DNA from: a virus
Strand: one strand, 5' to 3'
Length of the DNA stretch: 62,799 bases
IMG/VR virus record: IMGVR_UViG_3300028840_003424
This document shows positions 54,701 to 62,701 of the stretch, piece by piece (the stretch's first letter is position 1; every line of letters starts with the position of its first letter). The position numbers and the translations under genes are program-made. The notes beneath the pieces were generated by a model, which saw only the letters and a program-made list of their open reading frames with translations, made no database searches and was not told the origin of the DNA.

Positions 54701-55106
54701 CCATGCCCGATATGCCGAATTGAGCGGCGGCAGCGTTCAAGGCTGTGAGATAGTCTGTATTAACCGGCTTATCGCCCTCGATTTGTTGGGCGATGACCCC
54801 GGCCAGGGCGATGATGACAGCCATTGCGCTCCCGGTCTGCGAGTCGGTCAGTTCGCACGGCTCGTTGATCGTGTAGGGCTTGAGTGCGCCTAGTAACAGC
54901 ACTGCTTTCTCTGGGGGCACATAGTACTCTTGCGGCTTGATGTTGGCAGGGTCACGGTTGACGGGGGAGATCCAAACTCCCCCGTCCTGCATCTGCGTGA
55001 TTCCGGCGATCTCCGAGATATTGATCCAGGCGTTTCTGATTTGCCGGTCGGCGCATTCTTCCACAAAATCGCTCTTGCGTACCGGCCCGGTCAGTTTGAT
55101 AAACAC
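54660..55106 (-). CDS. Hypothetical protein
   Basis: 148-aa ORF. Confidence 0.5.
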   Translation of the reverse strand: MFIKLTGPVRKSDFVEECADRQIRNAWINISEIAGITQMQDGGVWISPVNRDPANIKPQEYYVPPEKAVLLLGALKPYTINEPCELTDSQTGSAMAVIIALAGVIAQQIEGDKPVNTDYLTALNAAAAQFGISGMVGTILEGDADGAV

Positions 55107-55124
55107 GGTGGCTCCTTTCTGTGC

Positions 55125-56438
55125 CTAGAACGGCACAAGCAGAGATTCAGGCGCGGTTTCCGCAAACTCGCGGAGTTTCGCCATGACCTCTTCCAGGTTG
55201 TCCGGCCCGACCTTTTCGTACCCAAGCCCTCCTGCCACTTGCAGGATGCGCGGGAAGTCGGCCTTGCCGGATGGGGCGTAGACAGCCTTGTGTTCTTCTG
55301 CGAGCTTGGTCGCCTCTCCGCGCCAGGCGTTCATGTTCATGCCCGCGCCCATCTTGGCAGCTTTGGCCTCTGGGTCATAGTCCAGCGAAAAACCGTTTTC
55401 GTCGCCCGGTTCGTCGTCCATTGCGTCGAACAGCGTGGCGTCAAGCTCTCCGGGTTCTTGTCCAGGGGGTGGCTCTGCTTTCGGCTTGGGCTTCTTGGCA
55501 GGGGGCTTTTTCTTGGGCGTGCGCTTGGGCTTCTCCGCAGCCGGGGGCTCTGGTTCGGGGGATCCACCGCCACCGTCAAACTCAGGGTGCTTGCCCCGAT
55601 CTGGCGCGATTGTGGGATCGCTCTCTCCAGTCAGATCGTCGTCTGCATAGTCCATCTCAGCGTCGATGAATGCCCCGGTTTCGACGTCCAACAAGCGAAC
55701 GTTGTCGCCCGCCGACAGTGCCAAGGCTTCGTTTTGCGCGCCGATGAGCGCCGATTGCATGTACACAGCACTCCGGGCAATCCCGATGTCATAGTGCGGG
55801 TAACGGTTGCCTGACCCCGGATCGGCCCTTTTGATCTCGAATCTCCAGAGCATCACAAGGTAGTGCTCCAGCGTGGCGGCCTCTCCGTACTTCCGCTCTT
55901 GCTCCGTCCAGAGCCCGTACAGGAATTGAGCAATGCGGGTGATGTCGTTGATCCCGCCCGTCGAGATCATCACCGGCTGAGAGTACCCGGCCTTGGCAAG
56001 CCGGACAAGCCGGACGTACAGCCGGCCCTTGTTCTGCTCCCACTTGCGATTTGGCAGGTCCGCGTGCGCGATCTGCTCGTCGGCCCGCGCCGTGTAGCGC
56101 TTTTCCTCTGGTATCCAGCGCAGAACGCTTTTTTCCCCATCGGAGCGCCACCAGAACCGGCCCCCCTCTCCAGGCTCCCGGCACTCGATCCACGTCTCAA
56201 AGCACTGCTCGATCGTGGGGTAGGCCAAGGCCGCGTCAGGGAGTTCGGTCGGCTTTTCGCCGTAGATCTCGTGAAAGGCAGCGGCAGAGCCGGGGATGCG
56301 CTCGACAAATCGCCAGTGCGGTTGTTCTTTTCCGACCCCACGGTTAGGCTTTTTTGCCCCTTTCATCAGCGTGCCGCACGTTGGGAAACGGTAACCCCGC
56401 GACAGCGTTTCTCGATCCGACATGTTCTTGATTGGCAT
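55125..56438 (-). CDS. Hypothetical protein with a Lys/Pro-rich linker (DNA-binding or recombination role possible)
   Basis: ORF trimmed to the ATG at 56438 (GAAAGGG SD). PEPEPPAAEKPKRTPKKKPPAKKPKPKAEPPP linker between two globular parts. Confidence 0.55.
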   Translation of the reverse strand: MPIKNMSDRETLSRGYRFPTCGTLMKGAKKPNRGVGKEQPHWRFVERIPGSAAAFHEIYGEKPTELPDAALAYPTIEQCFETWIECREPGEGGRFWWRSDGEKSVLRWIPEEKRYTARADEQIAHADLPNRKWEQNKGRLYVRLVRLAKAGYSQPVMISTGGINDITRIAQFLYGLWTEQERKYGEAATLEHYLVMLWRFEIKRADPGSGNRYPHYDIGIARSAVYMQSALIGAQNEALALSAGDNVRLLDVETGAFIDAEMDYADDDLTGESDPTIAPDRGKHPEFDGGGGSPEPEPPAAEKPKRTPKKKPPAKKPKPKAEPPPGQEPGELDATLFDAMDDEPGDENGFSLDYDPEAKAAKMGAGMNMNAWRGEATKLAEEHKAVYAPSGKADFPRILQVAGGLGYEKVGPDNLEEVMAKLREFAETAPESLLVPF

Positions 56439-56688
56439 CAGTTTGCCCTTTCTGCGGCTCTGTCTTGGGACAGAGCCGCCACTTGCTGATATTGGGCTCG
56501 AACACACGCATGAGCAGTTCGAGCGTCGGCAGATCCTCTATGTGAATGGTCATGCTCTCGTCAGGGGATCGGATCTGATAGGGCTCCATGTCGCCCGGTG
56601 TAGCGATCGCGACATAGGTAAATCGCCCGTCACTGACCGTCATCCCCCGGCCTATGTTCTTCTCAATCCGCTTGCTGACGATGGTCAT
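56344..56688 (-). CDS. Hypothetical protein (3' end uncertain)
   Basis: 114-aa ORF whose last ~95 nt overlap the next gene in another frame. Confidence 0.4.
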   Translation of the reverse strand: MTIVSKRIEKNIGRGMTVSDGRFTYVAIATPGDMEPYQIRSPDESMTIHIEDLPTLELLMRVFEPNISKWRLCPKTEPQKGQTDANQEHVGSRNAVAGLPFPNVRHADERGKKA

Positions 56689-56696
56689 TCTCCTTT

Positions 56697-56987
56697 CTAG
56701 TCGTCCCGGTCGATCGGCTTGCCCATAAACAGTTCTTGGACCTTTGGATCAACCGAGTGATCGGCGTTGACGTAGGACAGTTGGACGAACGGCAAAAATG
56801 GCTTGGCCCGGTCCCGAACGGCGGCGGCGGCGGAATCTTGCAGGTAGGCTATAGCGGTGTCGATGTCCTCTCCAGCCTCTACGTCTACCTCTGTCTGGAT
56901 CTCTACTCCGAGCCGCACGCTGTTATAGTCGGTCAAGCCCAACGTTTGGATATGTGTCACCTTGACGATGACAGGTGTACTTTCCAT
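56697..56987 (-). CDS. Hypothetical acidic protein
   Basis: GAAAGGGG SD. Confidence 0.5.
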   Translation of the reverse strand: MESTPVIVKVTHIQTLGLTDYNSVRLGVEIQTEVDVEAGEDIDTAIAYLQDSAAAAVRDRAKPFLPFVQLSYVNADHSVDPKVQELFMGKPIDRDD

Positions 56988-57029
56988 CCCAACCCCTTTC
57001 TACGCCTGATCGCCTTGCAATCAGGAAGT

Positions 57030-57056
57030 GAGACGCCGGGACATTCCCGGCGTCTC
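57030..57056 (-). terminator. Hairpin after the minus-strand gene 57065..57466
   Basis: GAGACGCCGGG-5 nt-CCCGGCGTCTC, 11-bp perfect stem. Confidence 0.45.
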
Positions 57057-57064
57057 GTTGCGGT

Positions 57065-57466
57065 TCAGCCGTTGTGCTTTCGATGGTTGACGTAGGACAT
57101 GACGATCTCGTCATACTCTGCGTCCAGCACAAAGTTGCCGTGCTTTTCAGCCATCTCTTGCCGGTAGGCCTCGATCGCGCTCTCCGGCACGAACTCCAGT
57201 TGATGGGCGTCTTGTCGCCGGTTGAACTCCCGGCACTTTTCGGCGTCCAGCACGTGATCGCCTTCCTCAAGGTCGATCTCCGCATAGAACACGCCCCGCG
57301 AAAACTCACCCTTGTGCAGCCCCTCCTTGCCCTTGGTCGAGTAGAGCGGTCGGGGAGCGTTCCACAGTTCGACCTTGCCGTCCAGAAATGCTTGCCATAC
57401 TTCCTTGGGCAGCTTGAGACATCGCGAATACCCCTCAATCCACAGAACCTTGTCCAGTTTGTCCAC
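57065..57466 (-). CDS. Hypothetical protein
   Basis: GAAAGGGG SD; about 130-nt leader from the promoter at 57605. Confidence 0.5.
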   Translation of the reverse strand: MDKLDKVLWIEGYSRCLKLPKEVWQAFLDGKVELWNAPRPLYSTKGKEGLHKGEFSRGVFYAEIDLEEGDHVLDAEKCREFNRRQDAHQLEFVPESAIEAYRQEMAEKHGNFVLDAEYDEIVMSYVNHRKHNG

Positions 57467-57604
57467 CGTGTAACCCCTTTCGGTTCCCCCCGGTCTAAAA
57501 CCCCCGACCTTGAGAGCGTTCAGCCAACATGAACGCCCCCAAGAGCGGGCTTTTTAGTGCCCAGGTGCATCGGTTCAATCCCCCTTCCCTTGTGTGATGC
57601 CTCT

Positions 57605-57613
57605 AGGGTACCA
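57605..57613 (-). promoter_or_regulatory. Extended -10-like element (TGGTACCCT on the minus strand)
   Basis: Reverse complement tgtgTGGTACCCTagaggcatcacac; shares the downstream cassette with the promoter at 59862. Confidence 0.4.
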
Positions 57614-57659
57614 CACAAAGAGACATCACACAATAGGAAAAGAGTACTAGGTCAGCGGA

Positions 57660-57905
57660 CTAGTCCGCCCACCGGCCCACGCCGCACCCATGGCCCAGGC
57701 CCATGATGTAGTGGTACATGTCCCGCGTGTTCATCCAGGCCGACGTAGAGACGATCCGGTTATCGCATCGTTCCTCAATCTGCCAGCCAAGGCGCGTGCG
57801 GGGATCCGCCTTGTTCAGCTTGAAGTAGGTCTTTCGCCCAGATGAGCGGAGCGAATCGTTGACGATCTCCAGGTGCTTGTACAAGGTTGCTTGGTTATAC
57901 CGCAT
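57660..57905 (-). CDS. Hypothetical protein
   Basis: Second ATG chosen (GAAAGG 9 nt upstream). Confidence 0.45.
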   Translation of the reverse strand: MRYNQATLYKHLEIVNDSLRSSGRKTYFKLNKADPRTRLGWQIEERCDNRIVSTSAWMNTRDMYHYIMGLGHGCGVGRWAD

Positions 57906-57954
57906 GGTGCACATCCTTTCTATGCAGTTGTTAAAGATCCGGTCAAATTCCCAT

Positions 57955-57990
57955 GCTCTAACCCGTTACTCCAGAGTAACGGGTTAGAGC
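57955..57990 (-). terminator. Strong hairpin after the minus-strand gene 58004..58237
   Basis: GCTCTAACCCGTTAC-6 nt-GTAACGGGTTAGAGC, 15-bp perfect stem. Confidence 0.5.
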
Positions 57991-58003
57991 GTAGGCGTTT
58001 GGC

Positions 58004-58237
58004 CTACTTGGAGAAAAGAGCGAGAAACTCTAGTGCACCTTTGCTCCAATTGCGATCGGACAATTTGTGGTGGGGATGTCCACAAAGGGCCAATGCCTCA
58101 TCGGTCAAAAGGTTGGCATAGATCGGATTGTTTTTGCCATGAATGGCCTTGGTATAAAGGTCGTTATCATAGCATGCATGATAACGGGCATATGCCCGAT
58201 CACATTGCTTGCGCATAAAAGCTATTGACTTGCCCAT
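58004..58237 (-). CDS. Hypothetical protein
   Basis: Conserved leader cacacgaaagggcgcaaa precedes the ATG. Confidence 0.5.
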   Translation of the reverse strand: MGKSIAFMRKQCDRAYARYHACYDNDLYTKAIHGKNNPIYANLLTDEALALCGHPHHKLSDRNWSKGALEFLALFSK

Positions 58238-58281
58238 TTTGCGCCCTTTCGTGTGAGTGAAACCGTCTAAACTCTAGGGCC

Positions 58282-58290
58282 ATTGTACCA
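58282..58290 (-). promoter_or_regulatory. Extended -10 promoter (TGGTACAAT on the minus strand)
   Basis: Reverse complement gtttcgTGGTACAATggccc...cacacgaaagggcgcaaaATG (58237). Confidence 0.65.
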
Positions 58291-58374
58291 CGAAACACAC
58301 CTTGAGTATATAGCTCTATAGTACCAGAACGGATTTTCTAGTACCCTAGAGCTATTGAGTGACTATACCTTTCG

Positions 58375-58383
58375 TGGTACAAT
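58375..58383 (+). promoter_or_regulatory. Extended -10 promoter TGGTACAAT
   Basis: cctttcgTGGTACAATggccttggggggaacgagaatacacacacgaaagggg...ATG (58430); near-duplicate of the cassette at 38164. Confidence 0.65.
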
Positions 58384-58429
58384 GGCCTTGGGGGGAACGA
58401 GAATACACACACGAAAGGGGCAAGGCCAA

Positions 58430-58963
58430 ATGAGCGAGACGCGCTACTATGTCAAGTACAACAAGGGCATGCAATGGTTTTTTGGATGTGAGACCCCAGA
58501 CGCGGCACGTAAGCGATATCACAAGTTGGCCCGCATGTACCATCCAGACGTCAACGTGGGCATGCCGGACGCAACGGCCATTATGCAAGAGATCAACGCG
58601 CACTATGAACGTGACATGCGTGGTTTCTCTGGACAAACTTTCGGCAAGGGTGAACGTTCAGAGCAAGAGTATACCTATACCTACTCGCACAAGAAAGAAA
58701 CCGATATCCAATCCAAGATCGTAGAAACCTTGCGCATGCGCATGGTTGGTGTCAAGGTTGAACTAGTAGGCTCTTGGATTTGGCTATCTGGAAACACAAA
58801 GGTCTATAAAGACAAGCTTGGCAAGAACGGCCTCGGGTATAAATGGTCTGGACGTCGTAAGATGTGGTACTACTCAAACTCTCCATATCGACGCCGCGCA
58901 AGCAAGGCATCGTTTGACCAGATTCGGCGCAAGTACGGATCTCGAGTACTCCAAGACGACTAG
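58430..58963 (+). CDS. J-domain (DnaJ-like) protein
   Basis: ARKRYHKLARMYHPDVN carries the HPD tripeptide in a J-domain context; the C-terminal domain is unassigned. Confidence 0.6.
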   Translation: MSETRYYVKYNKGMQWFFGCETPDAARKRYHKLARMYHPDVNVGMPDATAIMQEINAHYERDMRGFSGQTFGKGERSEQEYTYTYSHKKETDIQSKIVETLRMRMVGVKVELVGSWIWLSGNTKVYKDKLGKNGLGYKWSGRRKMWYYSNSPYRRRASKASFDQIRRKYGSRVLQDD

Positions 58964-58974
58964 ATCACAAGCCC

Positions 58975-59002
58975 TAGGGCTCTTGCCCATGCAAGAGCCC
59001 TA
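58975..59002 (+). terminator. Hairpin after the J-domain gene
   Basis: TAGGGCTCTTGC-CCAT-GCAAGAGCCCTA, 12-bp perfect stem. Confidence 0.45.
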
Positions 59003-59042
59003 TAGCTTGGGGGATAGTCTAGCACACGAAAGGGGAAAAACG

Positions 59043-59258
59043 ATGCTTATGCAATGTGAAGATCCGGAGCATAAAGAGTACTATACAAGTGAGATCTATA
59101 GGTGTTTCAAGGATTGGTCAGATCTTGCACGTTTTGTTTGTCGCAAGTGTGCAAGCAAGGGCATGTGGGTATACTTGGCAAGGTCAAACGCTTATGGTCC
59201 AGATGACCCGCCATTGATCAATAGCACCTTGCCAAGGAAAGGATCTGAGGTTTTGTGA
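59043..59258 (+). CDS. Hypothetical small protein
   Basis: Leader cacacgaaaggggaaaaacg precedes the ATG. Confidence 0.5.
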   Translation: MLMQCEDPEHKEYYTSEIYRCFKDWSDLARFVCRKCASKGMWVYLARSNAYGPDDPPLINSTLPRKGSEVL

Positions 59259-59527
59259 TGTCGGAAAAAAACAAAGTACCCGATCTTGGCATGGCCCAAA
59301 TGAGACCGGATCCATGCCAAGACATGGTTTTTTGGCGATCGGATGCCCCAGACGGCAAGCAAGTAACGATCGTCTATGACCAAGAACACGACTGCTGGCG
59401 TTTGATCGTCTATCCTACCGTCTATGCTTACGTGCTCCAGAGCGGCGGAGTGCTGCTCGGGGACCACATTGTGGACTTTCGCAAGGGCATGGCACATGCC
59501 CAACATGAGCTTGGCCTAACGGCCTGA
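59255..59527 (+). CDS. Hypothetical protein
   Basis: GTGATG overlap with the upstream gene. Confidence 0.5.
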   Translation: MMSEKNKVPDLGMAQMRPDPCQDMVFWRSDAPDGKQVTIVYDQEHDCWRLIVYPTVYAYVLQSGGVLLGDHIVDFRKGMAHAQHELGLTA

Positions 59528-59535
59528 AAGGGGTT

Positions 59536-59718
59536 ATGATGGTCACAGAGGAACAAATCAGAAATGTTTGGCTGCGGCTCGCTGATGGGATGTTTCGTCA
59601 ATACAAGATCGCGGATGAGAAGGGCGATCGAACCATTGCCGCCTCCTGGATCAAGAGTGCAATCCGGGCGGCGACGATCGCAAGGCAAGGGCGCTATTCT
59701 ACGTTCAAGCGGCTGTAA
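59536..59718 (+). CDS. Hypothetical small protein
   Basis: AAAGGGG SD; followed by the hairpin at 59724. Confidence 0.45.
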   Translation: MMVTEEQIRNVWLRLADGMFRQYKIADEKGDRTIAASWIKSAIRAATIARQGRYSTFKRL

Positions 59719-59723
59719 AAGGG

Positions 59724-59757
59724 TTGCGCCCCGGTGGAGGGGTTAACACCGGGGCGC
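59724..59757. terminator. Bidirectional hairpin between the + stop at 59718 and the minus promoter at 59786
   Basis: TGCGCCCCGGTG-10 nt-CACCGGGGCGCA, 12-bp perfect stem; CTTTT on the minus-strand side. Confidence 0.55.
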
Positions 59758-59785
59758 ACTGGACAAACTGAATCGAGACACCTAT

Positions 59786-59794
59786 AGTGTACCA
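59786..59794 (-). promoter_or_regulatory. Extended -10 promoter (TGGTACACT on the minus strand)
   Basis: Reverse complement ctttcgTGGTACACTatagg; faces the hairpin at 59724-59757. Confidence 0.45.
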
Positions 59795-59861
59795 CGAAAG
59801 ACAGGCGAATGCAAGGGCAAAAACCTAGTACTTTTTTCCTATTGAGCGCAAAGGGGTTATG

Positions 59862-59870
59862 TGGTACCAT
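59862..59870 (+). promoter_or_regulatory. Extended -10-like promoter TGGTACCAT
   Basis: ggttatgTGGTACCATagaggcatcacacgaaaggg, upstream of ATG 59919. Confidence 0.5.
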
Positions 59871-59918
59871 AGAGGCATCACACGAAAGGGCCATAGGGCC
59901 AGAAAGGGACAAACTGAG

Positions 59919-60251
59919 ATGAAACGAGGGACGCTTTACGTCAACGCTTTGGGGTGCAGCGTGGTACACACGATGCGCATCCATGCGCGGTTTTACATCG
60001 ACCCGGCCAAGCTGGAGGCTGAGATCAAGGAGCGAGCAAGGCATTCTCCCAAGTCTCGCTATAATGCGGTCAACTGCCGGGTTGAGTACGCAGAAGGTGG
60101 ACATCCGAACCGATACGACATCACCTTTGCGCACCTGGACGCGGAAGAGGCAATCGTGGCGATCGTGGGCGAGATCGAGGCTGACATTGCCCACGCCCAA
60201 GAGTTTGCCCGGCTGCTCGACATGACCAAGACGGATGTGGGCGATGCGTAG
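59919..60251 (+). CDS. Hypothetical protein
   Basis: ORF trimmed to ATG 59919, downstream of the promoter at 59862. Confidence 0.5.
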   Translation: MKRGTLYVNALGCSVVHTMRIHARFYIDPAKLEAEIKERARHSPKSRYNAVNCRVEYAEGGHPNRYDITFAHLDAEEAIVAIVGEIEADIAHAQEFARLLDMTKTDVGDA

Positions 60252-60702
60252 GACGGTCAAGGATCGCCGCCCGCTGGTCCACGGCAACAATGGAATGCGC
60301 CCGCGTGGGCGCATCCGCCGCCGTGACATAGGGGTTAGCAAGCAGGTGGGCACGGTCTACATGCTAGAGTTTGTGCCCCCGTACAAGCACTGCCAGCACA
60401 CGATCGGTTTTACAGAACGCCCGGTCGCGGAACGGCTGGCGGAACACCGGGCGGGTGGGAAAAAGGCGTCTCGTATCTGCCGTGCTGCTGTGCGTGCCGG
60501 ATGCAAGATCGAGCTTGTACGGACGTGGGAAAACGTAAACCAGTGGGTAGAGATGGCCTTGAAGTCTCGCGGAGAAAGCCGCAAGCTGTGCCCAAAGTGT
60601 AGCGGGCCAGAGGCGTACAACTACGCACAATATGACCGGCCTGGAACAAGCCTCACTGTCGCAGACCCAGAGCCCGGCGAACCGATGATAGGAGCATTCT
60701 GA
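60235..60702 (+). CDS. GIY-YIG-like nuclease domain protein (tentative)
   Basis: VYMLEF...HTIGFTERPVAERLAEH...E pattern plus C-terminal CPKC; the start is uncertain. Confidence 0.45.
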   Translation: MWAMRRTVKDRRPLVHGNNGMRPRGRIRRRDIGVSKQVGTVYMLEFVPPYKHCQHTIGFTERPVAERLAEHRAGGKKASRICRAAVRAGCKIELVRTWENVNQWVEMALKSRGESRKLCPKCSGPEAYNYAQYDRPGTSLTVADPEPGEPMIGAF

Positions 60703-60932
60703 TGCCTGGAAGAGTTTCACAAGTTTTTCACGTGATCGAGATGCAGGTCACGATAGACGATCTGCCGCGTGTCACGCCTTTGGGGTACTCGGTTGCCAAC
60801 GAGACGGCGCTGCGCTATCTCAACGACAATGTGACCGACCCGGAGAGTTGGGAGCACTGGATCACCAAGCGCGAGAACGGGTGCTACACCGTCAAGTGGC
60901 GCAAGCCGCTGAAAAAAGGAGAGCACGTATGA
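60702..60932 (+). CDS. Hypothetical protein
   Basis: TGATG junction with the upstream gene. Confidence 0.5.
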   Translation: MPGRVSQVFHVIEMQVTIDDLPRVTPLGYSVANETALRYLNDNVTDPESWEHWITKRENGCYTVKWRKPLKKGEHV

Positions 60933-61189
60933 TAGACACGTATGGCCTGGCCGGTATCGTAGAGACTGCTGGAAAACTGGCCCAAGAGGCAGTGCGCGAG
61001 TCTGGAGAGCTTGGGCCGGACGACGGCATTATCCGCTACAAAGTCAGCCGGCCCAAGTTTCTTTTCGACGGGTACCGGGCACTGTTCGAGGTTTCCGTGG
61101 AGACCTCCAAGGGTGCGTACAAGGTGGTCGTCGGCTGTGACGTCCGGTTTACGCATCCGAGCATCACCCATAGGTTTGGCAAAGTATGA
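60929..61189 (+). CDS. Hypothetical protein
   Basis: AAAGGAG SD; ATGA overlap. Confidence 0.5.
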   Translation: MIDTYGLAGIVETAGKLAQEAVRESGELGPDDGIIRYKVSRPKFLFDGYRALFEVSVETSKGAYKVVVGCDVRFTHPSITHRFGKV

Positions 61190-61374
61190 CCGCAAGAGCG
61201 GCGATCTTGGCCTACCTGAAAGATCACCCTTGGTCCCCGCCAAGGGTGATTGCCGAGGGAACCGGGTACAGTCTTGGTCATGTTGTGCGCATCCTACAAG
61301 ACATGGTGTTTGAGCTAGACAGCAAGCGGAGAGGCAGAGTGCGATACTATGCCTTGCCAAGAAAGGATCGGTGA
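61186..61374 (+). CDS. Small winged-helix-like DNA-binding protein
   Basis: ILAYLKDHPWSPPRVIAEGTGYSLGHVVRILQDM resembles MarR/wHTH. Confidence 0.45.
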   Translation: MTARAAILAYLKDHPWSPPRVIAEGTGYSLGHVVRILQDMVFELDSKRRGRVRYYALPRKDR

Positions 61375-61646
61375 TGTACAACAGGCACATTCGGGGATTG
61401 TCCAAGGGAAACGCTCGGCGGTTGCTTGAAGATGTCGAGCGGATCGGCTGGAGACCTTGCGGCTACGGAAGGCAAGCACACGCCTGGACTGGAGTTTACG
61501 GCAACGGTGGGGCGACCCTTTGTGCAAACATGCTTGTTGCCTTGCCGGGCTCCAAGAACGATGCCAAGCCCCACTGCCCGGCATGTGAGGACAAGCTTGC
61601 TCTGCTGCGGCACGTGGCGGAAGGCGAGAGCGATGATGCCAGTTAA
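61371..61646 (+). CDS. Hypothetical protein
   Basis: GTGATG overlap; CPAC motif. Confidence 0.45.
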   Translation: MMYNRHIRGLSKGNARRLLEDVERIGWRPCGYGRQAHAWTGVYGNGGATLCANMLVALPGSKNDAKPHCPACEDKLALLRHVAEGESDDAS

Positions 61647-61848
61647 AGAGTCTGTTGTAGAGGATATGGCAAGAATGAGCTTGGTACTGCTCGAATGCGG
61701 GCATTATGCCTACGCAAAGGGCTACCCCGAAACCCCTGCAAGCCCGAGCTATATCTGCGCTATATGTCGTGGCGTTCGGCTGACTGATGTCGAGAAACGT
61801 CGGCGTGACAAACTCGGCATAGAGGGGCGCGGAGTGATTATAGACTAG
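61633..61848 (+). CDS. Hypothetical zinc-binding protein
   Basis: ORF trimmed to ATG 61633. C.H...CAIC. Confidence 0.45.
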   Translation: MMPVKESVVEDMARMSLVLLECGHYAYAKGYPETPASPSYICAICRGVRLTDVEKRRRDKLGIEGRGVIID

Positions 61849-61890
61849 TACCAAAGTACTATGTCCGACAATAGACGTTATAGGACATAG

Positions 61891-62250
61891 AGATACCCGA
61901 TCTGGTCGTGCGACCTGTGCGGGCGCGACTGCTACAGCGGTGAGCAAGAGCGGCACTGGCTGTACGTGGCGGGTAAGGGTGGCAAGGATCGGCTTGTGCC
62001 GGTCGGTGATAGGCTCGCTGCTGAGCGGGGTGATCCCTCGGTAGGCAACGGGGATCCACTCTTTGACGGTAGACAGGGCCGATATGGTCGGGTGCGTGGG
62101 CCTGAATTGTCAAGAGCGCGGTTGAGGCAGCGTTCGCCTTCCGACTCGCTCGGAACGGGATCAACATGCGGGTGCAGGACTACATGCGGCTCGTAGAGGA
62201 ATCCTTGCAAGTCAGTGAGGCCTGCATTGTGGGTGACCCGGACGCGGACC
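61891..62250 (+). pseudogene. Tyrosine-recombinase (integrase) remnant
   Basis: Frame 1 reads ...HWLYVAGKGGKDRLVPVGDRLA...DPLFDG..., matching the conserved GKG.K.R.VP core. A downstream frame change follows (..AFRLARNGINMRVQDYM..). No N-terminal domain, no start, catalytic residues not recognisable. Confidence 0.5.
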
Positions 62251-62262
62251 TTTCGAGAAAGG

Positions 62263-62520
62263 ATGACCATGCTAGCCTGGCTTGACGAGAAAACCGCAGA
62301 GGAATCCGCCAACCACTTTTGCGCTGGCGCGACAATCATGTGCGTCAACTTCTACCCAAAGGACGGCAACTGTCACTTGCTCTTGAGCAATAGCGCGATC
62401 TTGACCTTTTCGGCAGTAGACATTGACACCGGCCTAAACGAGCGGCTGAGAATCGGCATCCTTGGGCCAAGCGTACCGGAGAGCCCCCATCACACAGAAA
62501 GAGAGATACAGGATGAGTGA
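62263..62520 (+). CDS. Hypothetical protein
   Basis: GAAAGGA SD and ATG 62263. Confidence 0.5.
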   Translation: MTMLAWLDEKTAEESANHFCAGATIMCVNFYPKDGNCHLLLSNSAILTFSAVDIDTGLNERLRIGILGPSVPESPHHTEREIQDE

Positions 62521-62701
62521 TTCTGCTCTTGTTGAGACTTTGCGCGCCAAGGCCGAATCCCTGCTTGACAAGATGGAAGGCATGACCAAGCCAAGCCCGT
62601 AGCACTCTGCTGCTCTATCCGTTCTGGCCGACATCGAGCACGAGATCGGGCGACTGGTCGACGTGCCGGACGTGCAAAAGGTCGAGCGGAAAAAGCAGTA
62701 G
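62513..62701 (+). CDS. Small helical protein interrupted by an in-frame TAG (62600-62602)
   Basis: A 29-codon ORF continues in the same frame for 32 more protein-like codons (HSAALSVLADIEHEIGRLVDVPDVQKVERKKQ) with no start of its own. Confidence 0.35.

Noticed and set aside
57555-57580. tRNA-like T-loop sequence GGTTCAATCC
   Set aside because: The flanking bases cannot form a T-stem or an acceptor stem on either strand. No cloverleaf could be drawn here or in any other intergenic gap.
61859-62348. Minus-strand ORFs 61859-62167 and 61932-62348
   Set aside because: They are shadow frames over the integrase remnant. The plus-strand frame contains the recognisable GKGGKDRLVPVG motif.
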